Assembly: GCA_949294395.1 (NCBI GenBank)
Contig: CASFGU010000023.1
Location: 21 to 64,020 of the forward strand
Reading direction: 5' to 3'
Length of the DNA: 64,000 nt
From: an uncultured bacterium
GTDB lineage: Bacteria > Cyanobacteriota > Vampirovibrionia > Gastranaerophilales > Gastranaerophilaceae
The position numbers and the translations under genes were made by a program. The notes under the pieces are model-generated. The model saw only the letters and a list, made by a program, of their open reading frames with translations. It searched no databases and was not told the origin of the DNA. This document shows, piece after piece, positions 18,747-27,466 of this stretch (position 1 is the first letter of the stretch; each line of letters opens with the position of its first letter).

Positions 18747-19619
18747 TTAGTCAATAAAGCTAATCTCATAGGCGCCGTTATCAATGTAGAACTTCAACTT
18801 TATCACTTCCCCGTTGTATCCTTCCGGAGGTGTCCTGTAGACAGGAAGCCGCATAAGCATATAATATATCTGGTCATTCAGACTTTTGTTATTTGACTGA
18901 TAGATAAATCCTCTGTTTAAGAGTTTTCCGTTTTGTGCAAGGCTGAATTTAATTGCGCATTCACCTTTGCCGCTGATTTTTACTAGATCAAGTTTGGAGA
19001 GCAGCGCAAGTCTAATGCTGTTTTTGTAATTTTCAAATTCTGTTTTATCCATAACAGGTTTTTGGGGTTTTTGCTGTGTTTGCGCTGTATTTTTGGGAAC
19101 AGGTGCTGCTTTTTGTTTTTTGTCAGGTGCGGAGGTTTTTGTTGAAGGTTTGTGTGGGGATGTTTTCTGCGCTGAAGTTGCTGCCGGTTTGACCGGTTTT
19201 TCCTGCGCGGAACTTTTTGCGGCTGATTTTTTCTCCTGAACTTTTTTCTGAATTGGTTGCTGTGAAGTTGTTGTTTCCGGCTGAACATCCTTGAGAATTT
19301 CTGGTGCCGGAATATTTCCGGCTGGTTCGGATTTTTTTACTGTATTGTTCCAGATTTTATCAATATTCGGAATGGCAGGAGCCGGCTTTTCTGATTTTTG
19401 CGGTTCGACCGTTTTTTGAGGTTTTTTGTCAGGAATTGTCCAAGGGATTATTGCAAGTATAAGGCAGAATATGAATATTACGATTGATACAATTTGTCCT
19501 GCCGGTATAGCTTTAAAACTTGGGGCGGCTTGTGGAACTTCTTCAAACGTATTATTTCCGCAATCGCAGTAATCCGGTTTTATTTTGTATTCTGCATTAC
19601 AATCTTTACATCTGAACAT
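18747..19619 (-). CDS. zinc-ribbon / TM / Pro-Lys-rich linker / TonB-C-like protein
   Basis: MFRCKDCNAEYKIKPDYCDCGN (CxxC...CxC), one TM, a P/K/Q-rich spacer, and a C-terminal ~90 aa with TonB-C-like pattern (GECAIKFSLAQNGKLLNRGFIYQSNNKSLND). Confidence 0.5.
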   Translation of the reverse strand: MFRCKDCNAEYKIKPDYCDCGNNTFEEVPQAAPSFKAIPAGQIVSIVIFIFCLILAIIPWTIPDKKPQKTVEPQKSEKPAPAIPNIDKIWNNTVKKSEPAGNIPAPEILKDVQPETTTSQQPIQKKVQEKKSAAKSSAQEKPVKPAATSAQKTSPHKPSTKTSAPDKKQKAAPVPKNTAQTQQKPQKPVMDKTEFENYKNSIRLALLSKLDLVKISGKGECAIKFSLAQNGKLLNRGFIYQSNNKSLNDQIYYMLMRLPVYRTPPEGYNGEVIKLKFYIDNGAYEISFID

Positions 19620-19621
19620 TT

Positions 19622-20488
19622 TTACCTCAAGTATTTTATCCTCTCAACATCGGAGTAGTCTGACGGCTTACTGTACTTATCAAATGTAGCAAGAACAAAG
19701 CCTCCTGTCACGTTTGTTACAATACGTTTTGTTCCCTGCGGAAAGTTCAGAATAGGCTGTCCCTGATAACTCAGAAGAAGCGGTTTTATCTGTCTTACGG
19801 CAAGCGACGTATATTCAGGATTGTCAGACCAGACTTTCAGGTTGGAAATCTGTCCGTAGCGGTCAACCGTAAACGAAAATCTAAACCTTGTGCCGAGCGG
19901 TGCATCGATTTTGACATCCCTCATAACTTTGTTTTGCAGATTACTCCGCCAGCGGTTCCATACAATAATTTCTTCCTGTTCCGTAAGCTGTTTAACCTGC
20001 GGCTGCTGCGGAGTCGGCTGAACTACTTCTTTTTGCTGCGGTTGAATTTTTGTTTCAGTTTCAGCCTCAGGGGTTTCTGTTTTAACTGTTTTCGTTTCGG
20101 TTTTTTGCTCCGGATGTAGAATTTCTTTGATTGATGCCGGAAGTTCCCGCGGTTTAGTTGTTTTTACTTCTTTAGCAGACGACTCTTGTGCCTGTTTTTT
20201 AATCTCTTTTACATTTTTTTGAGATTTATTTCCTTCCGTGCTTATAAACTTTTGAGTTTCTTTGATAACTTCCTGCGGTGTAATTTTTATTTTTTCTTCT
20301 GTTTGTTTAAGGGGTTGAATTTCTTTTACGCGGATTTCTTTTTCTTGAATTTCAGGTTCTGTTGTTTGCATTTCGACTTCAGCAGGTGAAAAGAGCACCT
20401 GCTTGTAAAGTGCCGGTTTTATTACCTCAACGGTTATTGTGGCGATTATGAATGCTAAAATTGTTATTGCTAATAAGAATTTGTTCAT
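19622..20488 (-). CDS. TM / Glu-Lys-Gln-rich linker / TonB-C-like protein
   Basis: N-terminal TM, a charged spacer, and C-terminal GTRFRFSFTVDRYGQISNLKVWSDNPEYTSLAVRQI resembling TonB-C. Confidence 0.45.
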   Translation of the reverse strand: MNKFLLAITILAFIIATITVEVIKPALYKQVLFSPAEVEMQTTEPEIQEKEIRVKEIQPLKQTEEKIKITPQEVIKETQKFISTEGNKSQKNVKEIKKQAQESSAKEVKTTKPRELPASIKEILHPEQKTETKTVKTETPEAETETKIQPQQKEVVQPTPQQPQVKQLTEQEEIIVWNRWRSNLQNKVMRDVKIDAPLGTRFRFSFTVDRYGQISNLKVWSDNPEYTSLAVRQIKPLLLSYQGQPILNFPQGTKRIVTNVTGGFVLATFDKYSKPSDYSDVERIKYLR

Positions 20489-22047
20489 TATTTATCCAGT
20501 TTTGAAATAAGAGAATCTGCTGCATATATTGAGTAGTTTGTTCCTGCAAGAAGATATGTTTCCGCAATCAAAAGTGCTGTCGGTACCAGTGCTGCAATAA
20601 GGCTTAAAAATATTCCGTTAAAATCCCCGCCTATTTCTGTCATAAAGTAGGAAGTGTTCATTGAAAATTCAATAAATATAATTGCAATTCCTATTATGAA
20701 AGAACGGTTTTCTTCCCGTTTAATCTTTCTTGTGTTTTCAAGTCCGTAAATATCTGTACCGTGTGAGAGATAATCCCTGTATCCGTCAAGTTTTATAACA
20801 TTTGAGCCGGAAATTTTCTTTGCGGATAAAAATGCGTTCACAAACGAGAAAAAGGCAAAAATAATAAGCATTGTGGCTAAAATGAGAAATACCGGTGAAA
20901 ATCTCAATCCTGATATTCTCACCCAGCCGGCAGCTTCCGGAAAACACATTGCAAGGGTATTTGACACCCCGTACGCAAGAAACGGTGCTGTCAAAATTCC
21001 TATTATAACTTCTCCGGCTCCTTTTAGCCGTAGCATAAAGGTTTTTTCTCTTATGTAGTGTAATTTTGTATCGCTCAGGCTGTTTACAAATCGTTCTATC
21101 CAGATTTGATAACCGTTTAAAACAATTTCAAAATCTTCGCGGAACTCGTATTTGTCGAGTTCTTTTGAAAGTTTGTGTCCGCTGAATTTGAAATATCCTG
21201 AAGAAACCGCAAGCGCTGCCTCTATCATTGTGAAAAATGCCGAAATCAACAGAGCAAATACAATTCTGCCGTTCGGGTTCATATAATAAATGAGGTTTAT
21301 TGCATAAAACGCTACAAAAAATATTGCGGATATAAACATCATAAAATTATAGGCTAATTTTGATGTCCCGCCGTTTTCTGCTGCCTGCAGCATCATAAAA
21401 ATTCCCTGCTTGAGAGTGAGCGCAATCCCAAACACTATTACAGAAAAAATCCCCAGAATCTTTATGTTTGTCGGCATATTTAAAAAAGTTCCACTCTCCG
21501 TTACCGGAAGCCCCATAAGGTAATTGGTAATCCCGAATGCAGTCACAACAGATGACATAAATAATGCAATATTTATAAATACTGCTGCTCTGAAGTTTGA
21601 AGAAAGCCTTTTGCTGAGGTCGTTTATTGAAAAGGCTATCTGTTTTACAATTGCAACCCTGTGTTTGTCTATTTCGGTTTTCTGGCTTTCAAGTTTGGTT
21701 TTTACCGGGGATGCAGACTGCGGGGCTGATTTAAGATTCTGTACAGGATTTTCGCTGTCAGCAGAGAGTTTTATGCTGATGAATTCGTTGCTGTCTTTTA
21801 TAAGGAGTTTACAAAGTTTTTCAAAGGAGAGTTTTCCCTCAAGAGGTTTTCCTTTAAATAAAATCTGCTCTGTATTAAAATTATTCAGTACTGAAAACCT
21901 TCCGGTTTCATTGTCAATTTCAACCGTCAGCATATAGTCAAAACCAAGGTCAAGATAAAAATCGAACTGTTCGTTCCCTCCGATTGTTATAAAATCTTTC
22001 CCGCTGAAAGTTTGTTCTTTTTGGCTTGTAGATATTGTAATTCGCAT
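20488..22047 (-). CDS. polytopic membrane protein with N-terminal FHA-like domain
   Basis: The first ~95 aa have an FHA-like beta pattern (ITIGGNEQFDFYLD...FSVLNN...ILFKGKPL) but lack the canonical R/S/H/N residues. About 8 TM helices follow. Its stop overlaps the downstream start. Confidence 0.35.
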   Translation of the reverse strand: MRITISTSQKEQTFSGKDFITIGGNEQFDFYLDLGFDYMLTVEIDNETGRFSVLNNFNTEQILFKGKPLEGKLSFEKLCKLLIKDSNEFISIKLSADSENPVQNLKSAPQSASPVKTKLESQKTEIDKHRVAIVKQIAFSINDLSKRLSSNFRAAVFINIALFMSSVVTAFGITNYLMGLPVTESGTFLNMPTNIKILGIFSVIVFGIALTLKQGIFMMLQAAENGGTSKLAYNFMMFISAIFFVAFYAINLIYYMNPNGRIVFALLISAFFTMIEAALAVSSGYFKFSGHKLSKELDKYEFREDFEIVLNGYQIWIERFVNSLSDTKLHYIREKTFMLRLKGAGEVIIGILTAPFLAYGVSNTLAMCFPEAAGWVRISGLRFSPVFLILATMLIIFAFFSFVNAFLSAKKISGSNVIKLDGYRDYLSHGTDIYGLENTRKIKREENRSFIIGIAIIFIEFSMNTSYFMTEIGGDFNGIFLSLIAALVPTALLIAETYLLAGTNYSIYAADSLISKLDK

Positions 22048-22059
22048 AAATAAAATCCC

Positions 22060-22857
22060 CTAATAAGGCTGAACGGTCATAGGTTCTGAAAGCATAATCT
22101 GAAGGTTTGTTCCCTCCGGTACAACAATTTCTTCGCCTTTTGAAGCTACTGCTGATACCGCGCCTACGGTTCCGCCGATTGCAGCCCCTCTAATCAGTGC
22201 GTCTCTTGGATCTGCCCCGAAAATCATAGAGATTGCAGCAATTGCAACCCCGCTTAATACACCGCCGAGAACTCGTTTTGTTATTTTTCCGGCTCTTGAA
22301 GAGTCTGCTACTATATAAACTTTGTTTGTCGAAAGCGGAATTATCCGTCCGTCAGGTGTCATAAGCCGGTTAAAGTTAATACCTATTTTGCCGTTCCCCA
22401 TAGCAAAAGTTGCCCTGTTGGAATCTACAACGCTTCCGCTCAAAATACTTCCCTCAGGTGCAATTACGGTTCCGTTTACTGTCCAGTCAGATACCAACTG
22501 AGCGCTTACATTGTCACTGTTTGCAATGCTTTCAGAACTTATGGACGAATTAAGCATTGCGTTAAACTGAGTTCCGGCTTCTACATACACAACCCCGCCG
22601 CTTAACTGAGGCTGCTCAAGCGTGATTTCAGGCAGTTTAAATTCCTGGGGCGGAACCGGCTTTATTTCTTCCGGAGGCACAATAAGGTTTTTTCTGTCAA
22701 ATTCTTCCTGTGCCTCATCGCTGAAATCATAGATTACTTCTTCTTCCGGCGCCGGTTTGTCCGTCCTTTCATAAATGTGAAGGCTGTCCGCAGCAAAAGC
22801 ACAATTCCAGAAGAAAGATACACATATAAAAACACTTAAAATCTTTTTCAGGTTCAT
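22060..22857 (-). CDS. secreted protein with TrbI/VirB10-like beta-barrel domain and C-terminal glycine zipper
   Basis: Signal peptide. AGTQFNAMLNSSISS...VSAQLVSD...IAPEGSILSGSV...IGINFNRLMTPDGRIIPL matches the TrbI/VirB10 C-terminal pattern by eye. The tail is GGVLSGVAIAA...GAAIGGTVGAVSAVA. Confidence 0.45.
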   Translation of the reverse strand: MNLKKILSVFICVSFFWNCAFAADSLHIYERTDKPAPEEEVIYDFSDEAQEEFDRKNLIVPPEEIKPVPPQEFKLPEITLEQPQLSGGVVYVEAGTQFNAMLNSSISSESIANSDNVSAQLVSDWTVNGTVIAPEGSILSGSVVDSNRATFAMGNGKIGINFNRLMTPDGRIIPLSTNKVYIVADSSRAGKITKRVLGGVLSGVAIAAISMIFGADPRDALIRGAAIGGTVGAVSAVASKGEEIVVPEGTNLQIMLSEPMTVQPY

Positions 22858-22939
22858 TACAATATATTATACTTACACCAACTGTATTTGTAAATGCAGA
22901 TTTGCAATTGTAAAGTAAAAATTATATAATTAGTTTAAG

Positions 22940-23689
22940 ATGAGAAAATTTTACGTTTTTTTTAGTATATCGCTGCTTTTGTCCGGTCTGCTGTGTGCGC
23001 AGGCAGCGTCAAGGTATAATGTTTATACTCCGACTGTTTATAAGCAGGGAAATCTTGTTCAGGCTCCTCTGAAAGTTGAGGGGGATGTGATTGAACTTCT
23101 TGTCGACTATTCAGGGAGTATGGAAACGTGGATTAATCTTGCAAAATCTATGCTCGTTAGTATTCTGCCGAAAATTACCGAAAAAACAAATGTCGGTTTA
23201 AGAGTTTTCGGACAGGGAAGCCGTAATGCGTTTAAATTCTTTAACGGCTGCAAGGCGACCGCTCTTGTAAGCCGTGCAAAACCTATGAATACTGACGGAA
23301 TTATAAGCGGTCTTGAAAGCACGCTTATCGGCGGTTCAACCCCTCTTACTTATGCACTCAGGCAGGTTGTATATAATGATTTTGTGTCGCTCAATGCAAA
23401 TACCGGCAAGAAAATTATCCTTGTTACAGATGGCGGCGAAACCTGCGGTGGCGACCCTTGTGAATTTGTAAGAAATCTTGTCAGATACAGAAAAGATATA
23501 ATTATTGATGTTGTAATGGTTAACGGTTCAAATAAGCTTCGCTGTCTTGCGGATGAAACAGGCGGTAAATATTACAATACACTTAATTCAGTCGACTTTA
23601 ATGACGCTCTGAATAAAACCTTTGGTGCAGAACCTCAGCAGTCATCACCGCAGCAAAACGGTAATGTTCATTATCAGTTTATAAATTAA
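22940..23689 (+). CDS. secreted von Willebrand factor A (VWA) domain protein
   Basis: Signal peptide. MIDAS motif DYSGSM, then GGSTPL, then ILVTDGGE. Confidence 0.8.
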   Translation: MRKFYVFFSISLLLSGLLCAQAASRYNVYTPTVYKQGNLVQAPLKVEGDVIELLVDYSGSMETWINLAKSMLVSILPKITEKTNVGLRVFGQGSRNAFKFFNGCKATALVSRAKPMNTDGIISGLESTLIGGSTPLTYALRQVVYNDFVSLNANTGKKIILVTDGGETCGGDPCEFVRNLVRYRKDIIIDVVMVNGSNKLRCLADETGGKYYNTLNSVDFNDALNKTFGAEPQQSSPQQNGNVHYQFIN

Positions 23690-23730
23690 AAGCTTATCCG
23701 CTGTGTTAGTTTGATTGAATTTTAGACAAT

Positions 23731-23768
23731 AAAAAAAGGAAGTAAATTTATATTTACTTCCTTTTTTC
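23731..23768. terminator. bidirectional rho-independent terminator
   Basis: AAGGAAGTAAAT-ttat-ATTTACTTCCTT flanked by an A-run and a T-run, between convergent genes. Confidence 0.7.
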
Positions 23769-23787
23769 TATTTTTGAGGCATTGTGA

Positions 23788-26700
23788 TTATTTTTTATTG
23801 TCGTTTGTTTTGATTACTCTGCCGTCAGTAGAGGTTACGGTACCTTTGATGTTCATATTCTTGTCTGCTGTATTCCAGATTGCAACGTTGCCTTTGTTTT
23901 GAACTTTACCGGTTTCAGTTATGTTAAGCTCGGTACCGTGGTTTGTGATGTAGAGCTTGTTGGCATTGTTAACAATTGTTCCGCTTATATTCATTGCTCC
24001 GTTGTCGTTCTGGATTACTGCGTTGCCTGTTTCGTTCTGGATAGCACCGGAGATGTCAGTTCCGCCTTCGCCTGTGCTCCATACTTTCAGGATGCCGTTG
24101 CCATCAATTGTACCGCTGATGTTAAGTTCGTCACCTCTGCTTGTAACATTCAACTTGCCGTTGTTGTTAGTAACAGTTCCGTTGATGTTCATATCGCCGG
24201 TCATATTTGTAAGGATTGCGTTGCCGTTGTTGGTTACCGAACCGTCGATTGTTAATCCGTCCTCACCGGTATTCAGCATTGTCATAGAACCTTCGTTGTC
24301 GATTTCAGCATTTTTACCGACATTAATTCCGCCTTTGCTAGATACGGTCAATTTATTTTCCTTACCGGTATATTTACCGTTGATATTGAGGTTTCCTTTG
24401 TTGTTTGTAATTGTTGTTGTACCTGTTGATTCGATTTCACCGTCAATTGCAGTTCCTTCAGTACCGTTGTTGAGGAGTGTTAACGAACCATCGTTTTTGA
24501 TACGGTTTGTATCAGCTAAGTTCAACTTGGTGCCGCTATTTTGTAATCTCAGGTTGTTAGTGTTTTCAATGTCACCTGTAACATTAAGTGCACCTTTATC
24601 GTTTCTTACCAGGACATCGCCGGAGTTGTTTACGGTTCCTGCAAGGTCTGTGCCTTCAGAACCGGAGTTCCATACGTTCAATGTTTCGCTGTTGTTAAGT
24701 TTTGCTGATTCTGAAATATTTAACTTTGTACCCTGGTTAGTGATGCTTGTTTTAACATCAACCTTTTCGTTGGCTTTTTCGGTGTTAATAGTTCCGTTGA
24801 TATTCATTGCGCCGGCTTTGTTTGTAATTATTGCAGTGCCGTTGTTATCAATTTGACCGTTAACAGTTAAGCCGTTAGTACCTTTGTTCTGCATTGAAAG
24901 GCTGTTTGTGTTACCGATAACGCCTTCTTTGCCTACAGTCAGACCGTTGCCGGCTGTAATAGTTGCTTTACCGTTGTTAGCGATAAGTCCGTTAACTTTA
25001 ACAGCGCCTTTCTGGTTGTTGACAATCATACTTGCATTTCTATCGGTATCAGAGTTTGTAATTGTACCGTTTAATGCAATTTCACCGTTACCTGTATTTG
25101 CAATGTTTAATTGTCCGTTATTTGTTATAGAACCGTCGTTTGTAAGTCCGTTTTTAGCAGTAATTGTAGTTTTATTGTTGTTTTTGATGTCTGCACTCTG
25201 ATTGATTTTCAAGCTGCCGTTCTGGTTAGAGATTAAGAGTTCTCCATCATTTTCGGTAGTACCATCAAACTGCATCCCGCCGGCACCTGTGTTGTAAATT
25301 GTTACATTGCCGCCTTTTTCAAAGTTTTCGCCGCCGTTAACAAGTTTGTTTGTTTTGCCGAATTGCATTGCGTTACCTTTATTGGTAAGTCTTAATTCAT
25401 TTTCGCCGGTATAGATTTCGGCATCAACATACATATTGCCTTTATCGTTCTGGATTACAGCATTGCCGTTGTTAACGAGGGTGCCGAGAACTTCAGTACC
25501 TTCACTGCCTGTGTTCCATACTTTTAATGAGTCAGCGTTGTTTAATTCAGCGTCAGAAGCAATTTTTAACTGTTCACCTTTGTTTGTAATGCTTACTCTG
25601 CCTGACTGGTTGTTAACATTTCCGGAAATGATGAAGTCGCCTTTAGTGTTTGTAATAACTGTATTGCCTTCAGCGTTAACGAGTTCACCATTGAAAGCCA
25701 ATCCGTCAGCCCCTGTGTTTTGTATACCGAGATAACCTGTGTTGGTAAGTTCGGAGTCTTCTGCAATATTCATTGCGCTTCCGTTGTTGATGAGGTTCAA
25801 GGTATCAACGTTAGCTACTTTACCGTTGATATTCATTTCGCCGTTGTAGTTCTGTATAACGGCTTTTGAATTGTTTTCAACAGTACCGTTAACATCAATA
25901 CCGTTAGCGCCTTTGTTCCACATTCTCAAGCTGCCGTCGTTTTTAACCTTAGAGCCTTCTGCAAGAGTTAAGCCTGTACCGTTGCTGATAACATCAAGGT
26001 CAGCCTTATCAGAGTTATTAATTGTTCCTGAGATGTTGAATTCTCCTTTATCGTTCTGAATTACGGCTGAACCGTTGTTAGCGATTGTACCTGTAAGGTT
26101 TGTACCGGCAACGCCAGTGTTCCAAACTTTTAAGGTGCTATCGTTTGTTAACGTACCGCTGAGATTTAAAGCGCCTTTTCTGTTAGTAATATTTATAGAG
26201 CCGTTTTTGCTTGCAATTTTGCCGCCGATGTTTGCATTGTTGCCGTTATTTGTAATTACAACATTATCGCCGGAATTAATAGTACCGTCTACGTTCAAAT
26301 TGCCGTCGCCGGAGTTAACCATTGAAAGAGCCCCGTCGTTTGTAATCTTAGCGGATGAAGTAACATTAAGAGCTTCACCGTAGTTAGATGCGCTGATTTT
26401 ACCGCTGCTTGTTACATTGCCGCTAATTTCAAGGTCGCCGTTGTGGTTAACCAGCAGTGTGTCGCCGTTTGTTTCAACTGTGCCTGCAATTTTTAAACCA
26501 TCAGCACCTTTGTTGCCAATATTAGTTTTTGCGTTTTCCGCAAAGTTTTTAATTGTACCGTTAATTTCAGTGCCGCCTTTATCAGCATAAGAAGTGATAA
26601 CGATTTTACCATCTTTTGCAGCAAGTGTATTAGCATTTGAAACTGATGTATTTACAAGGTTGTTGAATAAAACGTTTGCCTGATTATTTGTATTAATAAC

Positions 26701-27294
26701 ATCATTATTTTTAATACCTGTAATCATACCGGCATTGTCACCGATTACAACATTTCTGCCTGAAAGCGAGATGCCTTCTCTTGTAATAACTTTACCGTTG
26801 ATAGTTACATCTGCATTGTTCTGGTCTAATCTATAGTAACCGAGATCCGGTGAATTTTTGTATTTTTCGTAATCAGACTGTGTCGGTGTTAATACAGAAA
26901 GTGAGCCGACATTAATTACACCGGAAGCCCCGACAACCATACCTTTCGGTGAAATGAAGATTGCCTGCCCGTTGTAGAATTTGCCGTCTCTCATTGAATT
27001 AACTAGACCGTTGATGTTTACCTGATTATCAACTAAGTTAACAAATTTTGATACGTTTTCTGTACCGTATTTAAAAATCAAGTTGGCTATGTCGCCTTCT
27101 GATAAGTTGAAGTTGTCATACTGTCTAAAGCCCACACCGTTGTGCTGGTCTGTAGGATTAATGTTGTAAATCCCGTTGTTTCCTGTGACTCCGGTAATAT
27201 CGGTAGCGTTTGCCTGAAGTGACTGTGTAGCCAGGAAGCAGGCTGCTAATAATGATACTGCCAATCTGCCTTTGTTAAGTTTTCTCTGTTTCAT
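23788..27294 (-). CDS. TpsA-like exoprotein (filamentous-haemagglutinin N-terminal domain plus beta-helical repeats), no adjacent TpsB
   Basis: The start at 27294 has AGGAAAG upstream; the track start is 27339. Signal peptide. TPS-domain motifs NGIYNINP...FRQYDNFNLSEGDIANL...FVNLVDNQVNINGLVN...AIFISPKGMVVGASGVINVGSLSVLTP. About 12 copies of a ~66-aa super-repeat follow. Confidence 0.85.
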   Translation of the reverse strand: MKQRKLNKGRLAVSLLAACFLATQSLQANATDITGVTGNNGIYNINPTDQHNGVGFRQYDNFNLSEGDIANLIFKYGTENVSKFVNLVDNQVNINGLVNSMRDGKFYNGQAIFISPKGMVVGASGVINVGSLSVLTPTQSDYEKYKNSPDLGYYRLDQNNADVTINGKVITREGISLSGRNVVIGDNAGMITGIKNNDVINTNNQANVLFNNLVNTSVSNANTLAAKDGKIVITSYADKGGTEINGTIKNFAENAKTNIGNKGADGLKIAGTVETNGDTLLVNHNGDLEISGNVTSSGKISASNYGEALNVTSSAKITNDGALSMVNSGDGNLNVDGTINSGDNVVITNNGNNANIGGKIASKNGSINITNRKGALNLSGTLTNDSTLKVWNTGVAGTNLTGTIANNGSAVIQNDKGEFNISGTINNSDKADLDVISNGTGLTLAEGSKVKNDGSLRMWNKGANGIDVNGTVENNSKAVIQNYNGEMNINGKVANVDTLNLINNGSAMNIAEDSELTNTGYLGIQNTGADGLAFNGELVNAEGNTVITNTKGDFIISGNVNNQSGRVSITNKGEQLKIASDAELNNADSLKVWNTGSEGTEVLGTLVNNGNAVIQNDKGNMYVDAEIYTGENELRLTNKGNAMQFGKTNKLVNGGENFEKGGNVTIYNTGAGGMQFDGTTENDGELLISNQNGSLKINQSADIKNNNKTTITAKNGLTNDGSITNNGQLNIANTGNGEIALNGTITNSDTDRNASMIVNNQKGAVKVNGLIANNGKATITAGNGLTVGKEGVIGNTNSLSMQNKGTNGLTVNGQIDNNGTAIITNKAGAMNINGTINTEKANEKVDVKTSITNQGTKLNISESAKLNNSETLNVWNSGSEGTDLAGTVNNSGDVLVRNDKGALNVTGDIENTNNLRLQNSGTKLNLADTNRIKNDGSLTLLNNGTEGTAIDGEIESTGTTTITNNKGNLNINGKYTGKENKLTVSSKGGINVGKNAEIDNEGSMTMLNTGEDGLTIDGSVTNNGNAILTNMTGDMNINGTVTNNNGKLNVTSRGDELNISGTIDGNGILKVWSTGEGGTDISGAIQNETGNAVIQNDNGAMNISGTIVNNANKLYITNHGTELNITETGKVQNKGNVAIWNTADKNMNIKGTVTSTDGRVIKTNDNKK

Positions 27295-27466
27295 AATGTT
27301 ATCTTTCCTCATAAATTGCCCCATATACATATTAAACATCTAAACATTTAAAAAATTGCTATAATATCATAAAATATTACAAAATATTAAGTAAACTTTT
27401 GTTTAATATTCTGCAAAAAAGAATACAACCATTAGTTATGGCTGTATTCATGAGAAATTTTATTTG

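Noticed and set aside
22060-22857. Conjugative / type IV secretion locus, suggested by the TrbI/VirB10-like domain
   Set aside because: No VirB4/VirD4 ATPases, relaxase, pilin or other VirB components are present in the operon or the window.
23899-26383. Antisense ORFs in the orphan TpsA gene; the periodic DNA was also considered as a possible CRISPR or tandem-repeat array
   Set aside because: The periodicity is at protein level (about 66-aa super-repeats) with diverged DNA. There are no short identical direct repeats separated by unique spacers. The antisense ORFs are compositional artefacts.
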